Below the pieces are notes generated by a model. The model was given only the letters and a program-made list of their open reading frames with translations. It made no database searches and was not told the DNA's origin. Both the position numbers and the translations under genes were made by a program. From contig NW_026867509.1 of the NCBI RefSeq assembly GCF_020745735.1, positions 2,208,537 to 2,272,536 on the forward strand: 64,000 nucleotides of DNA, read 5' to 3'. Within the stretch, counting starts at the first letter, position 1. The number at the start of each line of letters is the position of its first letter. Positions 13,851 to 24,830 of the stretch are shown in pieces. The DNA comes from Hemiscyllium ocellatum. Lineage: Eukaryota.

Positions 13851-14559
13851 CTGGATTTAATATTGTCCTGCTGTCTACCCTCATTGATAAGTCAGTTTCG
13901 CTCACAGACCAACACAATTTGAATTAAAAATAACGGGAAACAATCATTGATTGGCAAGAATCCAATTAGCTCATTGTCAGATTCAGAAAAGTTCGCTTTT
14001 CCATAAAATGAAAGAATTTTAATTTTGAATTCTTTGAGGAAATTGATGCGCCTTTTATTTATTAGTCTCGCACAGACATTGTGCCAATGATTCCCGGAGG
14101 TTCAATGTCCAGAACGTAGTCCGGCTACATTTTATTTGAAGTCTTGCCTCGGGTTAAAGGGTGTTGTGTTTCAGGGATGGGCAGTAAGCTGCTGTTTAAT
14201 GCTGCAGTCACCACTTGTTGCTGGCAGCAGGGGATAGGAGAGTGTGTGCCAGAAATCTTACTGCTTTTCTGCTTTTCCTCGTCTCGACTTTGGAGTCGAG
14301 GAAGAACAAACCTTTGAGGGGTATGTTTGCTTTGAATCAGTTCATGAATTTCTAAAGGCTCAGATGTGAGACTTATAATGATCTAGCTAATCAATAGATT
14401 TGCAATGAACATTCATTTGAAAATCGAAACAACATTTTAATTACTCTCCACATAATAGTTCTCATCTGGGAACGTTTTCCTGATCCGAATACTGAGCCGA
14501 CATGAACACTGGTGAACTAATAACAGCATTCCTGTGATGGTTTCTTGCCACCAAACTTT

Positions 14560-14870
14560 CGCTTAATAATCAAGGACCTTGACCACGGACTACGGAAACT
14601 GAACGATCTCATTTTTATATGATTGCTGAAAGCAGTCTGCCAGTTAGTTCAAGCTTCAGACTTTTGCCGCCGCATCGTAAGTGTCTTGTATCAGATTTAC
14701 TTTCTCCCCAAAATAAAAGCTCGAACATTCATTGTGGAGACAAAGGAGATGTCTGATCCCCCCTGGTTATTTGTGGATCGGAATGTTTTTATAAATCTTC
14801 AAAGTAAAAGCTCTCGTGTGTTATACGAGAGTAGAGCACAGTATCTAATCACAGATTAGCGACTTCATGA
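14560..14870 (+). pseudogene. Highly decayed TCR V relic of the intronless leader-V family
   Basis: CACAGTA at 14837-14843 followed by tctaatcacagattagcgacttcatg, which resembles the 17.7-kb RSS spacer (tcacaagcagatagcgaatccatg). Patchy similarity upstream (cccaaaata). No intact nonamer. Confidence 0.4.
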
Positions 14871-15759
14871 TGGGGGAACCCCAGTTGTGAACGTGGTTTT
14901 AGGCATTTGCAATAGAAACAGTTGGAAGAAGTGGATGAGGATCCAAGATTCTCCATTGTAGACAGGTGTCTTCTTCTTATAAGTTTTCCTCACTTACATT
15001 TATATGTTTACAAATTGGGTGGTAATAGCTATTGCTGGTTATTGCAGCAGTGACTCTCAGTTTTCAGTTTCGAATGTAGTTTCGCTGGTTATTTCAGAGG
15101 TGCACTCGTTTTCATGCAAACTGTTACACAAGGAGAAATGTTATCAATAGTTTGAAACATGTCTGAGCTTTAAAGATGTTGCTAAAGAAGGAAAAACAGA
15201 GGGTGCTACCACGGGAGAGAATTACAGAGGTTGGGGCCTGGACACTAGTGAAATGATAAATAAGATGGAAATGCACATGACCAGAATGCAGGTATTCTGA
15301 GATCTCAGATAGCTTTGGATGCTCAGGGGTTGTGGGGTTGGATGCTATGGGAGTTCTTGAGATTTGGAGATAGGCTTATTGCATGAAGATATTATCCGAA
15401 TTCAAGGTAAAAAAAAGTCAGCATGAATAGACTTTGATGGATCGACTTGATGCAATAAATGACATGGGGCTTCAACCGTTTGCATTGAGGGTAAGCTGGA
15501 AAAGCAGCTACATGGACTGATTGAGTGACTGGTCAGTGTAGTGGCAATGAGAAATTGAAATAATTTTTGTCATGTCTAATAAACCATGAACAAATGTTAT
15601 TTGCTTCATTATATGATGCTTAACATCATAACATTTCTGGTGGTGTCTGAGGAAGTAATCTTTCAGTTTTAGCAACAGATTAGATGTGAAAGTAGCTGGT
15701 AGTTAAATTGTACTCCACGTTATTTCAGTCTTTTGTTTCCTTACATGAAATTTGATAAT

Positions 15760-16620
15760 GATAATGATACTTTACCAAACATGATGCGGTCGTCTCATGG
15801 CATCACTTGCTTTCAATTGCCGTGACTAACTAATTTCTTATCATTGTAGTTGTCATAATCAATCACACTGGCAACATTTATTTTAGATAGAACCTCTTAT
15901 CCACCACCACCTGGCGCAGGATCTGCACTGTATTGCTCTGTTGGTTGACTATTGGTTTTACCATCGACCATTTTGTGGTCATCTTCTACCAGACACAGGT
16001 CAGGTACTGCACTGAAGATTTTAAATCACTCGTCATAGGACTCGTCTGTCCACTGAGCTATATCAAGAATGCCCCTTTTGTCTTCGTCTACCAAAGCTTA
16101 CTGATCCAAGATGGGAGGCACTGGTTTCGTGACTTAAAGTCCAGCTATTAAATCTCGAGGCATGGCAGAGATATCACCGGCTGAATCGTATGTTAAACCT
16201 CTTTCTTCTTTTCCTGCTTCTTCTCTTGCTCAGTGCCCTGACTGTTCGACACATTCTGGCAGCAAGCAGAAACCGGAAGAGGGTCTGGCGCGCTGACAAT
16301 TGCAAGGATGCTGAATTGGACAAACGCAAGAAGACCATTATCTTGCTGTGCACAATCTCATCAGCTTCCTTCTCCCCTGGGCCAGCTATATCGGGCGATT
16401 ATTCTATGTGAAGTTTACAGGAGAGGGAAACAATGGAGGAATGGATTTCAGTGACATCCAATGCATCCTTTATGAGATGACCAATCTGGTTCAGTTAATC
16501 AGTTCTTGTATTAATGCATTAATATATGCAGTGACCGAAACCAAGTTCTAGCAGGAGCTGACCAGCCTGCTGATATCTCTCTGAACGTAATTCAGCAGTT
16601 GCCTTAAACGATTAAAATAG
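15760..16620 (+). pseudogene. GPR139/142-like class A GPCR pseudogene (main exon)
   Basis: Fragments WLTIGFTIDHFVVI, YIKNAPF, LSALTVRHILAASR.RKR, SSCINALIYAVTETKF align to the 55.9-58.1 kb paralog. Multiple frameshifts and stops. Confidence 0.9.
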
Positions 16621-17055
16621 CAACAAACCACTCCCCACCCCGCCACTTTATTTATGTTCTATTTGTGTGGTTTCCTCTCTCTCTCTCTCTTTCGCTGTCA
16701 GCCATCGATTTGAAACGATGCAGTGCATCTGCTTTTCATACAGGAGTTACATTTACAATGAGACAGCAAAATTAAACAAATCCAGTTGCAATGGATATTC
16801 GCAGTAAATTCAACAAAAGCAACATTCAATCCGACTGCTTCAATCATTAAAAATTTCCTTGTGGAATAAAAAGTTTGGATACAATGTGGGAATAAAGTGG
16901 TCTGAAATCTTTGGATGCTGTAAAGGAAATTGAAATGCAGACCCTGACCTAATTACAGTGTTCTACACGGATTTGGAAGACATTTGTTTTCATTTATCAT
17001 TATCCAGTGAAGTGTAGGAATGTGAGATTTTTAACATTGCAATTAGTTGTATATG

Positions 17056-17069
17056 CCACTAGATGGTAG
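17056..17069 (+). promoter_or_regulatory. Candidate CTCF-binding site upstream of a V segment
   Basis: CCACTAGATGGTAG, one mismatch to the CCASYAGRKGGCRS core, ~270 bp 5' of the V ATG; the position is conserved in the 22881 paralog. Confidence 0.5.
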
Positions 17070-17337
17070 TGCGTATCTGTGATTCAACTTGAAGATGAGG
17101 GCTTGAGGAGGAGTGACCTTCCCGACAGTGTGAGCAACTGTCAGTGTGAGAGGCTTGTTACAGAATCAAACGCCAAGACTTAGCTTCTTCAGCAACTTCA
17201 ACAGAACAGCTGTTCTGAGTTAGATGAGAAGCGTGCATTATTCTAGTTATTTGCTCTTATAAAGATGATACTTATGTCCAGTTCCTCAACAGAGTTCCGT
17301 GGACAATGGCTTTCTTCACTATTCTTGCAAGCTTTTG

Positions 17338-17670
17338 ATGTTCTGAATTTGCAGATCCTCCTTCTATTTTCCACTCTGACCTCCACAGAAGTGACTGGTG
17401 AAGGTTAAGTGATGCAACTTCCGTGGTGGATGATTGTTGGTGAAATGGGAATTGTGTCCATGAGTTGTTCCTTCACTCCTACATTTAGCACAGTGCGTTG
17501 ATACAGATGGTTCCCAAAATAGCCATCACTGCATCTGGTGATAGCCAAACGACAAGATGATCAGCCCAAAATCATCGCCATTTCAATCAGTCGAAATAAC
17601 AAACTTAGTGCCCTGACTGCAAAGGATGCCATACTTAATGACACCACCACCTGCCTCACTGCAACGACGG
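17338..17670 (+). pseudogene. TRAV: TCR alpha/delta V pseudogene, intronless leader-V family
   Basis: Colinear with the 23161 gene. TGA at codon 3, a 1-nt frameshift, TAA/TGA/TAG stops, and both Trp41 and Cys104 lost. Confidence 0.9.
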
Positions 17671-17709
17671 CACGGTGTCACAAGCAGATAGCGAATCCAT
17701 GCCAAAACA
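17671..17709 (+). other. 23-RSS, degenerate
   Basis: CACGGTG + 23 nt + GCCAAAACA. Confidence 0.8.
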
Positions 17710-18064
17710 AGCTAAGTATGGAGTTCTGATATGTTGTTATTCATTCTGTTGTCCAAAGTCCGAGTTAAAGGAAAGCAGAGCAAAATACAACAGACAGTAA
17801 AGAACAGAAAACCTTAAAAGTGATCTGAAGTAAAGTCGATTGGATATGTGTTTGGAGGTGAACTAAGTGAATCTTTGCAAGTCAGAAGCATTAATGTAGA
17901 AAAGGAAGCGTGGAGAGATAATATAATAATACTTGCAGAGGACAGAATTGTGAGAAACTGTTGAAGAACAAATTGAAGTAAGTGAAAAAAGTGCCTGATG
18001 TACTTATGTTATAGATCAAGTTAAATCACATTTGAAGGAAACAGGAAGAAAATATATTGGTTTT

Positions 18065-18830
18065 TCCTTTAACATGGCTTTACCACCTGGGAGCTTCCTT
18101 ATCCAGAACCTCCACATAAACATGGTGGCTGCAATAGCAGGTCAGATGCTTCGAATGCTGCTGTCTGGAACCGACTCCTGACTCCACAAAGCCTGTCCGG
18201 TATCGAAGAGGTACAAGGCAGGAGTATGATGGAATGCTCCCAACTTGTCTGGCTCAGTGCAACCCTCAAAGTACGTAACACTAGTGACACAACTCCGGAC
18301 AAACCAGCCCAATTGATTGATAGTCTAGATTAGAGTGGTGCTGGAAAGCACAGCACGTCAGGCAGCATCCGAGGAGTAGGAAAATCGACGTTTCGGGCAA
18401 AAACCCTTAATCAGGGATTGATCGTGCATCCACAAGCATCCAGTGCGTTGATGAATGACGCTTAGATTGCATGATCTGCAAGATGAACATCAGAAATTCC
18501 ACAAACATCTTCAGACAACATCTCCCAAACACATGACATCTACGGTCTAGAAGGATAAGGGCTAACAGATTAAATGAGAGCAGCACTGCCTTCAAGCCCC
18601 CCTTCAAGCCACTCAATATTCTGATTTGAAAATATATCGACTTTCTGTCGGAGTCGCCTGATCAGAATACTGGAATTCCCTCCCCAGTGGCATTGTCGAT
18701 CAATCCATGGAGGGTGGCCTGCAGCGGTTCAAGAAGGCAACTCACCTACACTTTCGCAAAGGCGACAAGAGATGAGCAACAAATGCTGAATAGCCAACGA
18801 CGCCCATATCCCATAAATTAATAAAGAATG
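18065..18830 (+). mobile_element. Non-LTR retrotransposon 3' fragment (same family as 9.3 and 23.9 kb)
   Basis: atgatggaatgctcccaacttg...gcagcggttcaagaaggcaactcacc...aaatgctg...aataaa. Confidence 0.7.
18322..18415 (-). mobile_element. 94-bp PLE terminus, 7-bp TSD
   Basis: gattgat at 18315-18321 and 18416-18422. Minus strand starts cctgattaagggtttttgcccgaaacgtcg (hammerhead core, G8 mutated). Confidence 0.75.
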
Positions 18831-18869
18831 ACATCAGTTGTAACACAATCTAAGTATACAACCCCGACA

Positions 18870-19140
18870 TTGTGAATGCCAGCCATTTGGCTCATCGAGT
18901 CCACACTGAACCTCTGAAGAACATCACAGTCAGACCCATCCGATCCCTACATCTCTTGTGGCTAATTCAACAAACCTGCCTATCTTTGGACTATGCGAGG
19001 AAACCAGAGCTCCCACGGGAAATTCACAGAGACACAGGAGAATGTGCAATATCCACATAAACGATCACCTGACATGGAAAATGAACCTGCATCTCTGGTG
19101 CAGTGAAGCAGTAATTATAACCATTGAACCACAGTGCCAT
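18870..19140 (-). mobile_element. HE1-like SINE, decayed
   Basis: atctttggactatgcgaggaaaccagagctccc...ggagaatgtgcaa matches the 5-kb SINE. Confidence 0.7.
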
Positions 19141-19351
19141 CATTACAAGAATGTTCCTGAAAATGTATGATTTGATATTGTCCTACTTATAAATTGTTCA
19201 TTTCATGATGCTGCAAATTTCCTAGCGATCTCATAATACTACCCTATAGTTGCACACACTAAAACAGCCAAAGAACTTGGTATTCTTGCAGGTTGTTTGA
19301 ACCATCATCACCGATTGGCCTTCTCATTTAATTTTGAGACAAAATCTGATT

Positions 19352-20527
19352 GAAGATTTATAGCTCGGGTATCCGTTGATGTGGTTCTGCTCGCCGAGCT
19401 GGAAGTTTTTGCTGCAAACGTTTCGTTCCCTGGTTAGGGAACATCATCAGTGCTGTTGGAGCCTCGTGTGAAGCGCTGCTTTGATGTTTCTTCCGGTATT
19501 TATATTGGTTTGTTCTTGCCGCTTCCGGGTATCAGTTTCAGCTGCAGTGATTTGTATGTGGGGTCCAGGTCGATGTGTCTGTTGATGGATGTTCTTGCCG
19601 TTTCCGGGTGTCAGTTTCAGCTGTAGTGGTTTGTATATGGTGTCCAGGTCAATGTGTCTGTTGATGGAGTTTGGGGATGAATGCCATGCTTCTAGGAATT
19701 CTCTGGCTGTTCTCTGTCTGGCTTGTCCTATGATAGTGGTGTTTTCCCAGTCAAATTCATGTTGCTGGTTGTCTGAGTGTATGGCTACTAGAGATAGCTG
19801 GTCGTGTCGTTTTGTGGCTAGCTGATGTTCATGGATGCGGATTGTTAGCTGTCTTCCTGTTTGTCCTATATAGTGTTTTGTGCAGTCCTTGCATGGTATT
19901 TTGTAGACTACGTTAGATTGGCTCATGCTGGGTATTGGGTCCTTTGTTCTAGTGAGTTGTTGTCTGAGCGTGGATGTTGGCTTGTGTGCTGTTATGAGTC
20001 CTAAGGGTCGCAGTAGTCTGGCTGTCAGTTCTGAGACGCTCCTGACGTATGGTAGAGTGGCTAGTCCTTTTGGTTGTCGTATGTCCTCGTTCCTCGGTCT
20101 ATCTCTTAGGCATCTGGTGATAAAGTTGCGTGGGTATCCGTTTTTGGCGAATACCTTGTATAGATGTTCCTCTTCCTCTTTTCGCAGTTCTGGTGTACTG
20201 CAGTGTGTTGTGGCCCTTTTGAATAGTGTCCTGATGCAGCTTCGTTTGTGTGTGTTGGGGTGGTTACTTTCATAGTTTAAGACTTGGTCTGTGTGTGTTG
20301 GTTTCCTGTGTACCCTTGTGGTGAATTCTCCGTTGGGTGTTCTCTCTACTAACACGTCTAGGAATGGGAGTTGGCTATCCTTTTCCTCTTCTCGTGTGAA
20401 TCGGATTCTTGTGAGTGTGGCGTTGATGATTCGGTGTGTTTTTTCTATATCTGTGTTTTTGATGATTACAAAGGTGTCATCAACATATCTGATCCAGAGT
20501 TTGGGTTGGATTTGTGGTATGGCTGTA
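19352..20527 (-). mobile_element. Penelope-like element, 5'-truncated (RT C-terminus + GIY-YIG), left arm of palindrome
   Basis: ORF 19447-20541: WIRYVDDTF...LPFLDV...VVYKIPCKDCTKHYIGQTGRQL..RIHEH. Confidence 0.95.
19414..19453 (-). ncRNA. Minimal type I hammerhead ribozyme motif in the PLE 3' region
   Basis: gca-CUGAUGA-U-GUUCCCU-AACC-AGGGAAC-GAAA-C-GUU-ugc: complete core, 7-bp stem II, palindromic AAACGUUU at stem III, 3-bp stem I. Confidence 0.7.
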
Positions 20528-20552
20528 CCATACCACACCAAAGGTTAGAACA

Positions 20553-21623
20553 TACAGCCATACCACAAATCCAACCCAAACTCTGGATCAGGTATGTTGA
20601 TGACACCATTGTAATCATCAAAAACACAAATATAGAAAAAACACACCGAATCATCAACGCCACACTCACAGGAATCCGATTCACACGAGAAGAGGAAAAG
20701 GATAGCCAACTCCCATTCCTAGACGTGTTAGTAGAGAGAACACCCAACGGAGAATTCACCACAAGGGTACACAGGAAACCAACACACACAGACCAAGTCT
20801 TAAACTATGAAAGTAACCACCCCAACACACACAAACGAAGCTGCATCAGGACACTATTCAAAAGGGCCACAACACACTGCAGTACACCAGAACTGCGAAA
20901 AGAGGAAGAGGAACATCTATACAAGGTATTCGCCAAAAACGGATACCCACGCACCTTTATCACCAGATGCCTAAGAGATAGACCGAGGAACGAGGACATA
21001 CGACAACCAAAAGGACTAGCCACTCTACCATACGTCAGGAGCGTCTCAGAACTGACAGCCAGACTACTGCGACCCTTAGGACTCATAACAGCACACAAGC
21101 CAACATCCACGCTCAGACAACAACTCACTAGAACAAAGGACCCAATACCCAGCATGAGCCAAACTAACGTAGTCTACAAAATACCATGCAAGGACTGCAC
21201 AAAACACTACATAGGACAAACAGGAAGACAGCTAACAATCCGCATCCATGAACATCAGCTAGCCACAAAACGACACGACCAGCTATCTCTAGTAGCCATA
21301 CACTCAGACAACCAGCAACATGAATTTGACTGGGAAAACACCACTATCATAGGACAAGCCAGACAGAGAACAGCCAGAGAATTCCTAGAAGCATGGCATT
21401 CATCCCCAAACTCCATCAACAGACACATTGACCTGGACACCATATACAAATCACTGCAGCTGAAACTGACACCCGGAAGCGGCAAGAACAAACCAATATA
21501 AATACCGGAAGAAACATCAAAGCAGCGCTTCACTCGAAGGTCCAACAGCACTGATGATGTTCCCTAGCCAGGGAACGAAACGTTTGCAGCAAAAACTTCC
21601 AGCTCGGCGAGCAGAGCCACAAC
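20553..21623 (+). mobile_element. Penelope-like element, 5'-truncated (RT C-terminus + GIY-YIG), right arm of palindrome
   Basis: Near-identical inverted copy of 19381-20527; ORF 20371-21501 from TAIPQIQ onward. Confidence 0.95.
21548..21587 (+). ncRNA. Minimal type I hammerhead ribozyme motif in the PLE 3' region
   Basis: CTGATGA 21551-57, extra T, stem II GTTCCCT/AGCC/AGGGAAC 21559-76, GAAA 21577-80, C-GTT, stem I gca/tgc. Confidence 0.7.
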
Positions 21624-22442
21624 AATTTTGAGACATCTGAAAATCTTGGTCGTGTAATATTCGGGTCGGTCAGGATTTGAATCGTGTACTGATGTGTATC
21701 TCTGCTCCTTGATCATTTCCTTTCAGCGGCGGGAGACTTTAACACAATGTGTTTTTTGTATTCAAAACATGTATTAATATTGTATGGGCGTGGCTGGCAA
21801 TGCTGGTTCCTACCTCGATTAATCTATGACAGTGCGATGGCGAGCCAACGAATGGACACAAGGCAGTGCATGTGATATAGGCAGACCAGTTACATTCACA
21901 ACGACACAAAGTTAATGAAATCTGGATACATTTGTCCAGCATATGCAAGAAAAGTCACATTCCATTCTACTACTTCATTCTACTACTTTAAATTTTCCTG
22001 TGGAGTATAGTTTTGGCAAAAATCACGAGGAACATATTATGAATTAATTGGATACTGCAAATGAAGTTCAAATGTTGTGTTCTACAGAGAAATGGGTGAT
22101 ACCTGCTTTCATTGAGCAGATTCCAGTAAACTGTAATTAACGCCAGAATTTGAACATCGCCATTACTTGTGCACGCCACGAGAAGTGGCAGAGTGTATCT
22201 GTGCTAAATATTGAAAATGAGGGTTGGAGAGAGAGTGACTTTCCAGACAGTGTGAGAGTCATGTTACAGAAACAAATGCCAAGACTTAGCTTCGTGGCAA
22301 CTTCCACACTAAGGCGATTCTTACTTAGACGTGAAGTGTGCACATTTCCACTTATTTACTCTTGTAATTATATTATTTACCTTCTGTTCCTCAACAGACC
22401 TCCGTGGACAACTGATTTCTCTACTGTTCATGTAATCTAATG

Positions 22443-22660
22443 ATGATGCGAATTTTCAGAATCCTGCTGCTGATTTTCACACTTATCTCCGAGGAGATGA
22501 CTGCAGAAGATGATGTGTTGCAAGTTCGTCTGTGGATGGTTGTTAGGTAAATGGGAATCATGTCCGTGAATTCCTCCTTTGCCACTGAATGTAGAACAGT
22601 GCTTTGGAACAGACAGCTCCTGAATTAACCATCCCAGTTTTGACTGATGGCTATCATTGG
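22443..22660 (+). pseudogene. TRAV: 3'-truncated TCR V pseudogene, intronless leader-V family
   Basis: MMRIFRILLLIFTLISEEMTAEDDVLQVRLWMVVR*MGIMSVNSSF...LWNRQLLN*; shares the ~250-bp upstream block with 17.1 and 22.9 kb; no RSS. Confidence 0.85.
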
Positions 22661-22880
22661 ATTCTACTGCTTCACTCATGAAACATTTCCTTGTGGAACA
22701 AATGTTTGGTTACTTTGATGGAGGAGAGTGGTATGAAAGACTGAGAGGCAGCAAATGAAGTTGAAACGCAGAGTCTCACCTATCTTCCACCACGAAGGAT
22801 GACGTAAGTGTTTCCATTGAGCAGTAATCAGCGAACAGCAATTACTCTCAGAATGAGAACAGCGTAATATATTGTACACG

Positions 22881-22894
22881 TCACAAGATGGCAG
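22881..22894 (+). promoter_or_regulatory. Candidate CTCF-binding site upstream of the intact V
   Basis: TCACAAGATGGCAG(CG), ~270 bp 5' of ATG 23161. A CRE-like TGACGT lies at 23052-23057. Confidence 0.45.
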
Positions 22895-23160
22895 CGCGAT
22901 TCTGTTATAAACCTTGAAGATGAGGGCTTGAGGAGGAGTGACCTTCCAGACAGTGCGAGCAACTGTCAGCGCGAATGCTTTGTGACAGAAACAAACGCCA
23001 AGACTTCACATTTTGTGCAACTTCAACAGCGTGGCATTTCAGAGTTAGATGTGACGTGTGCATATTCTATTTGTTTAATCTTATAAATATCATATTTATC
23101 TCCCGTTCCTCAAAGATCACCGCGGATAATTGCTTTCACCACTGTTCATATAGTCTGATA

Positions 23161-23494
23161 ATGTTTCAAATCTGCAGAGTCCTTCTGTTGTTTTCCACTC
23201 TGATCTTCACGGAGGTGATTGGAGAAGGTGAAGTGCTGCAACAACCTGTGTGGATGGTTGTTAGTGAAGTGGGAATTGTGTCCATGAATTGCTCCATTGC
23301 AACTAAACTTATCACAGTGCATTGGTACAGACAGTTGCCAAATCAGCCACCCCAGCATGTGATGATGGCCAAAAGAGAAGACGATCAGCCAGAGAGAATC
23401 GTTGCTTCAATCAGTGAAGATTACAAACTCAGTACCTTGACTTTGAAAGATGCCAGACTTAATGACACCGCCATCTACCTCTGTGCAGTGAGGG
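23161..23494 (+). CDS. TRAV: TCR alpha/delta V segment, apparently functional; leader and V in one exon
   Basis: MFQICRVLLLFSTLIFTEVIGEGEVLQQPVWMVVSEVGIVSMNCSIATKLITVHWYRQLPNQPPQHVMMAKREDDQPERIVASISEDYKLSTLTLKDARLNDTAIYLCAVR: hydrophobic leader, Cys23, WYRQ, D.A.YLC, followed by an RSS. Confidence 0.93.
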
Positions 23495-23533
23495 CACAGT
23501 GTCACAAACAGATGGAGAGTCCGTACTAAAACG
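23495..23533 (+). other. 23-RSS
   Basis: CACAGTG + 23 nt + ACTAAAACG. Confidence 0.9.
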
Positions 23534-23934
23534 TGCACAGAATGGGAGTTCTGCTATGCTGATTTTGAAGTATGTTCATTCGTAACTGTGGGCATCAAAC
23601 TCCCAAATAAGGAAAATGAAGGCAAAATATGAGGGTAAAAAATGAACAGTAATTGTTAAACATGGTCATAAGTGAGGACAGTTGGATATGTGGAGGGAGG
23701 TAAAGGAAAGATATATTTGCAACCGAGAAACATTAATGGAGAAAATGGAAAGTGGAGATATATATTAATAATACTTTCAGAGGACAGAATGGTGATAACC
23801 TGTTGAAGAATAAATGGGAGAAATAGAAATACAACGATCATGATGCACATTGATTAAAGATCAGGCTAAATTACAATTGAAGGACACATGAAAATAACAG
23901 GGTGGTCTTTCTTTTAAGATGTTGTCATCAACAC

Positions 23935-24565
23935 TGAATCCTCAACTCTCAACATGCTGGGAAATTCGTTGAGCAGAAACCCAACTGGAATTCACCAGAA
24001 AAGCACGTCAGAGGATAAAATATAACTGTCTGTCAAGTTTCTTCTGACTCCCCAAAGCCTGACCACCTTCTAAAAGGCGCAAAACAGGAGTGTTTTGGAA
24101 TACACTCTACCTTTCTCGTTGAGTGCAGCCCCAAAAATACTCAAGAATCTTGGCACCATCCAGGACAAAGCAGCCTGCTTGATTGGTACTGCGTCCACAA
24201 GCATATGCTGCCTCCACGAATGACTCTCAGTTTGTGTTATCAATAAAATTCACTACAGAATTTTACCAAGATGCAGGACTCCTTCCATCTCGAACGATAA
24301 GGGACGGATGCTTTTTGGGAGTGCACTCAACTTCGAAGGCACCTCAAAGCCATTCAACATTCTGACTTCGAAATATATTGGTGTTCTTTGACTGACGCTT
24401 GTTCAAAATCTGGAAATTTCATTCCTATTAATATTGTGGACGCAGCAGGTGGACTGGAGTGGTTCAAGACGGTAACTTGCCATCACTTTCTCAAGAGGAA
24501 CGAGAGGCAGGCAATAAATGCTAGCCACCCAGCGACGCCCAGATTCCACAAAATGAATAAATAAA
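23935..24565 (+). mobile_element. Non-LTR retrotransposon 3' fragment (same family as 18.1 kb)
   Basis: ggcaccatccaggacaaagcagcctgcttgattgg...gcaataaatgctagcc...aatgaataaataaa. Confidence 0.7.
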
Positions 24566-24619
24566 GACGACAATCAATAGTACGCAAACTTGAAAGCAGG
24601 TTGGAAGCAAACAATTGAG

Positions 24620-24830
24620 CCCACCAAGTCCATTCCGAACCTTAGAAGAACATCCCAGCCAATTCCAGTAACCCTGCACCTCCTATAGCTAATTCATGTA
24701 ACCTACTCATTTTTCAACTGTGGGAGGAAACCAGAGCGCCCATAGGAAACCCATTCAGTGGCAGAGAGCATATGCAAACTCCACTCAGAGAATCACCTTA
24801 AGTTGAAATTGAACGTAGCTGTCTGGCAGT
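24620..24830 (-). mobile_element. HE1-like SINE, decayed
   Basis: tgtgggaggaaaccagagcgccc...tgcaaactccac. Confidence 0.65.

Noticed and set aside
19589-21551. Antisense ORFs over the PLE palindrome (19589, 19925, 20291, 20466, 20805, 21255)
   Set aside because: Shadow frames of the PLE ORF, duplicated by the palindrome.
22975-23160. 62-aa N-terminal extension of the V ORF in the ORF track
   Set aside because: It is promoter/5' UTR sequence that happens to be open. The signal peptide starts at 23161, matching the paralog ATG positions.
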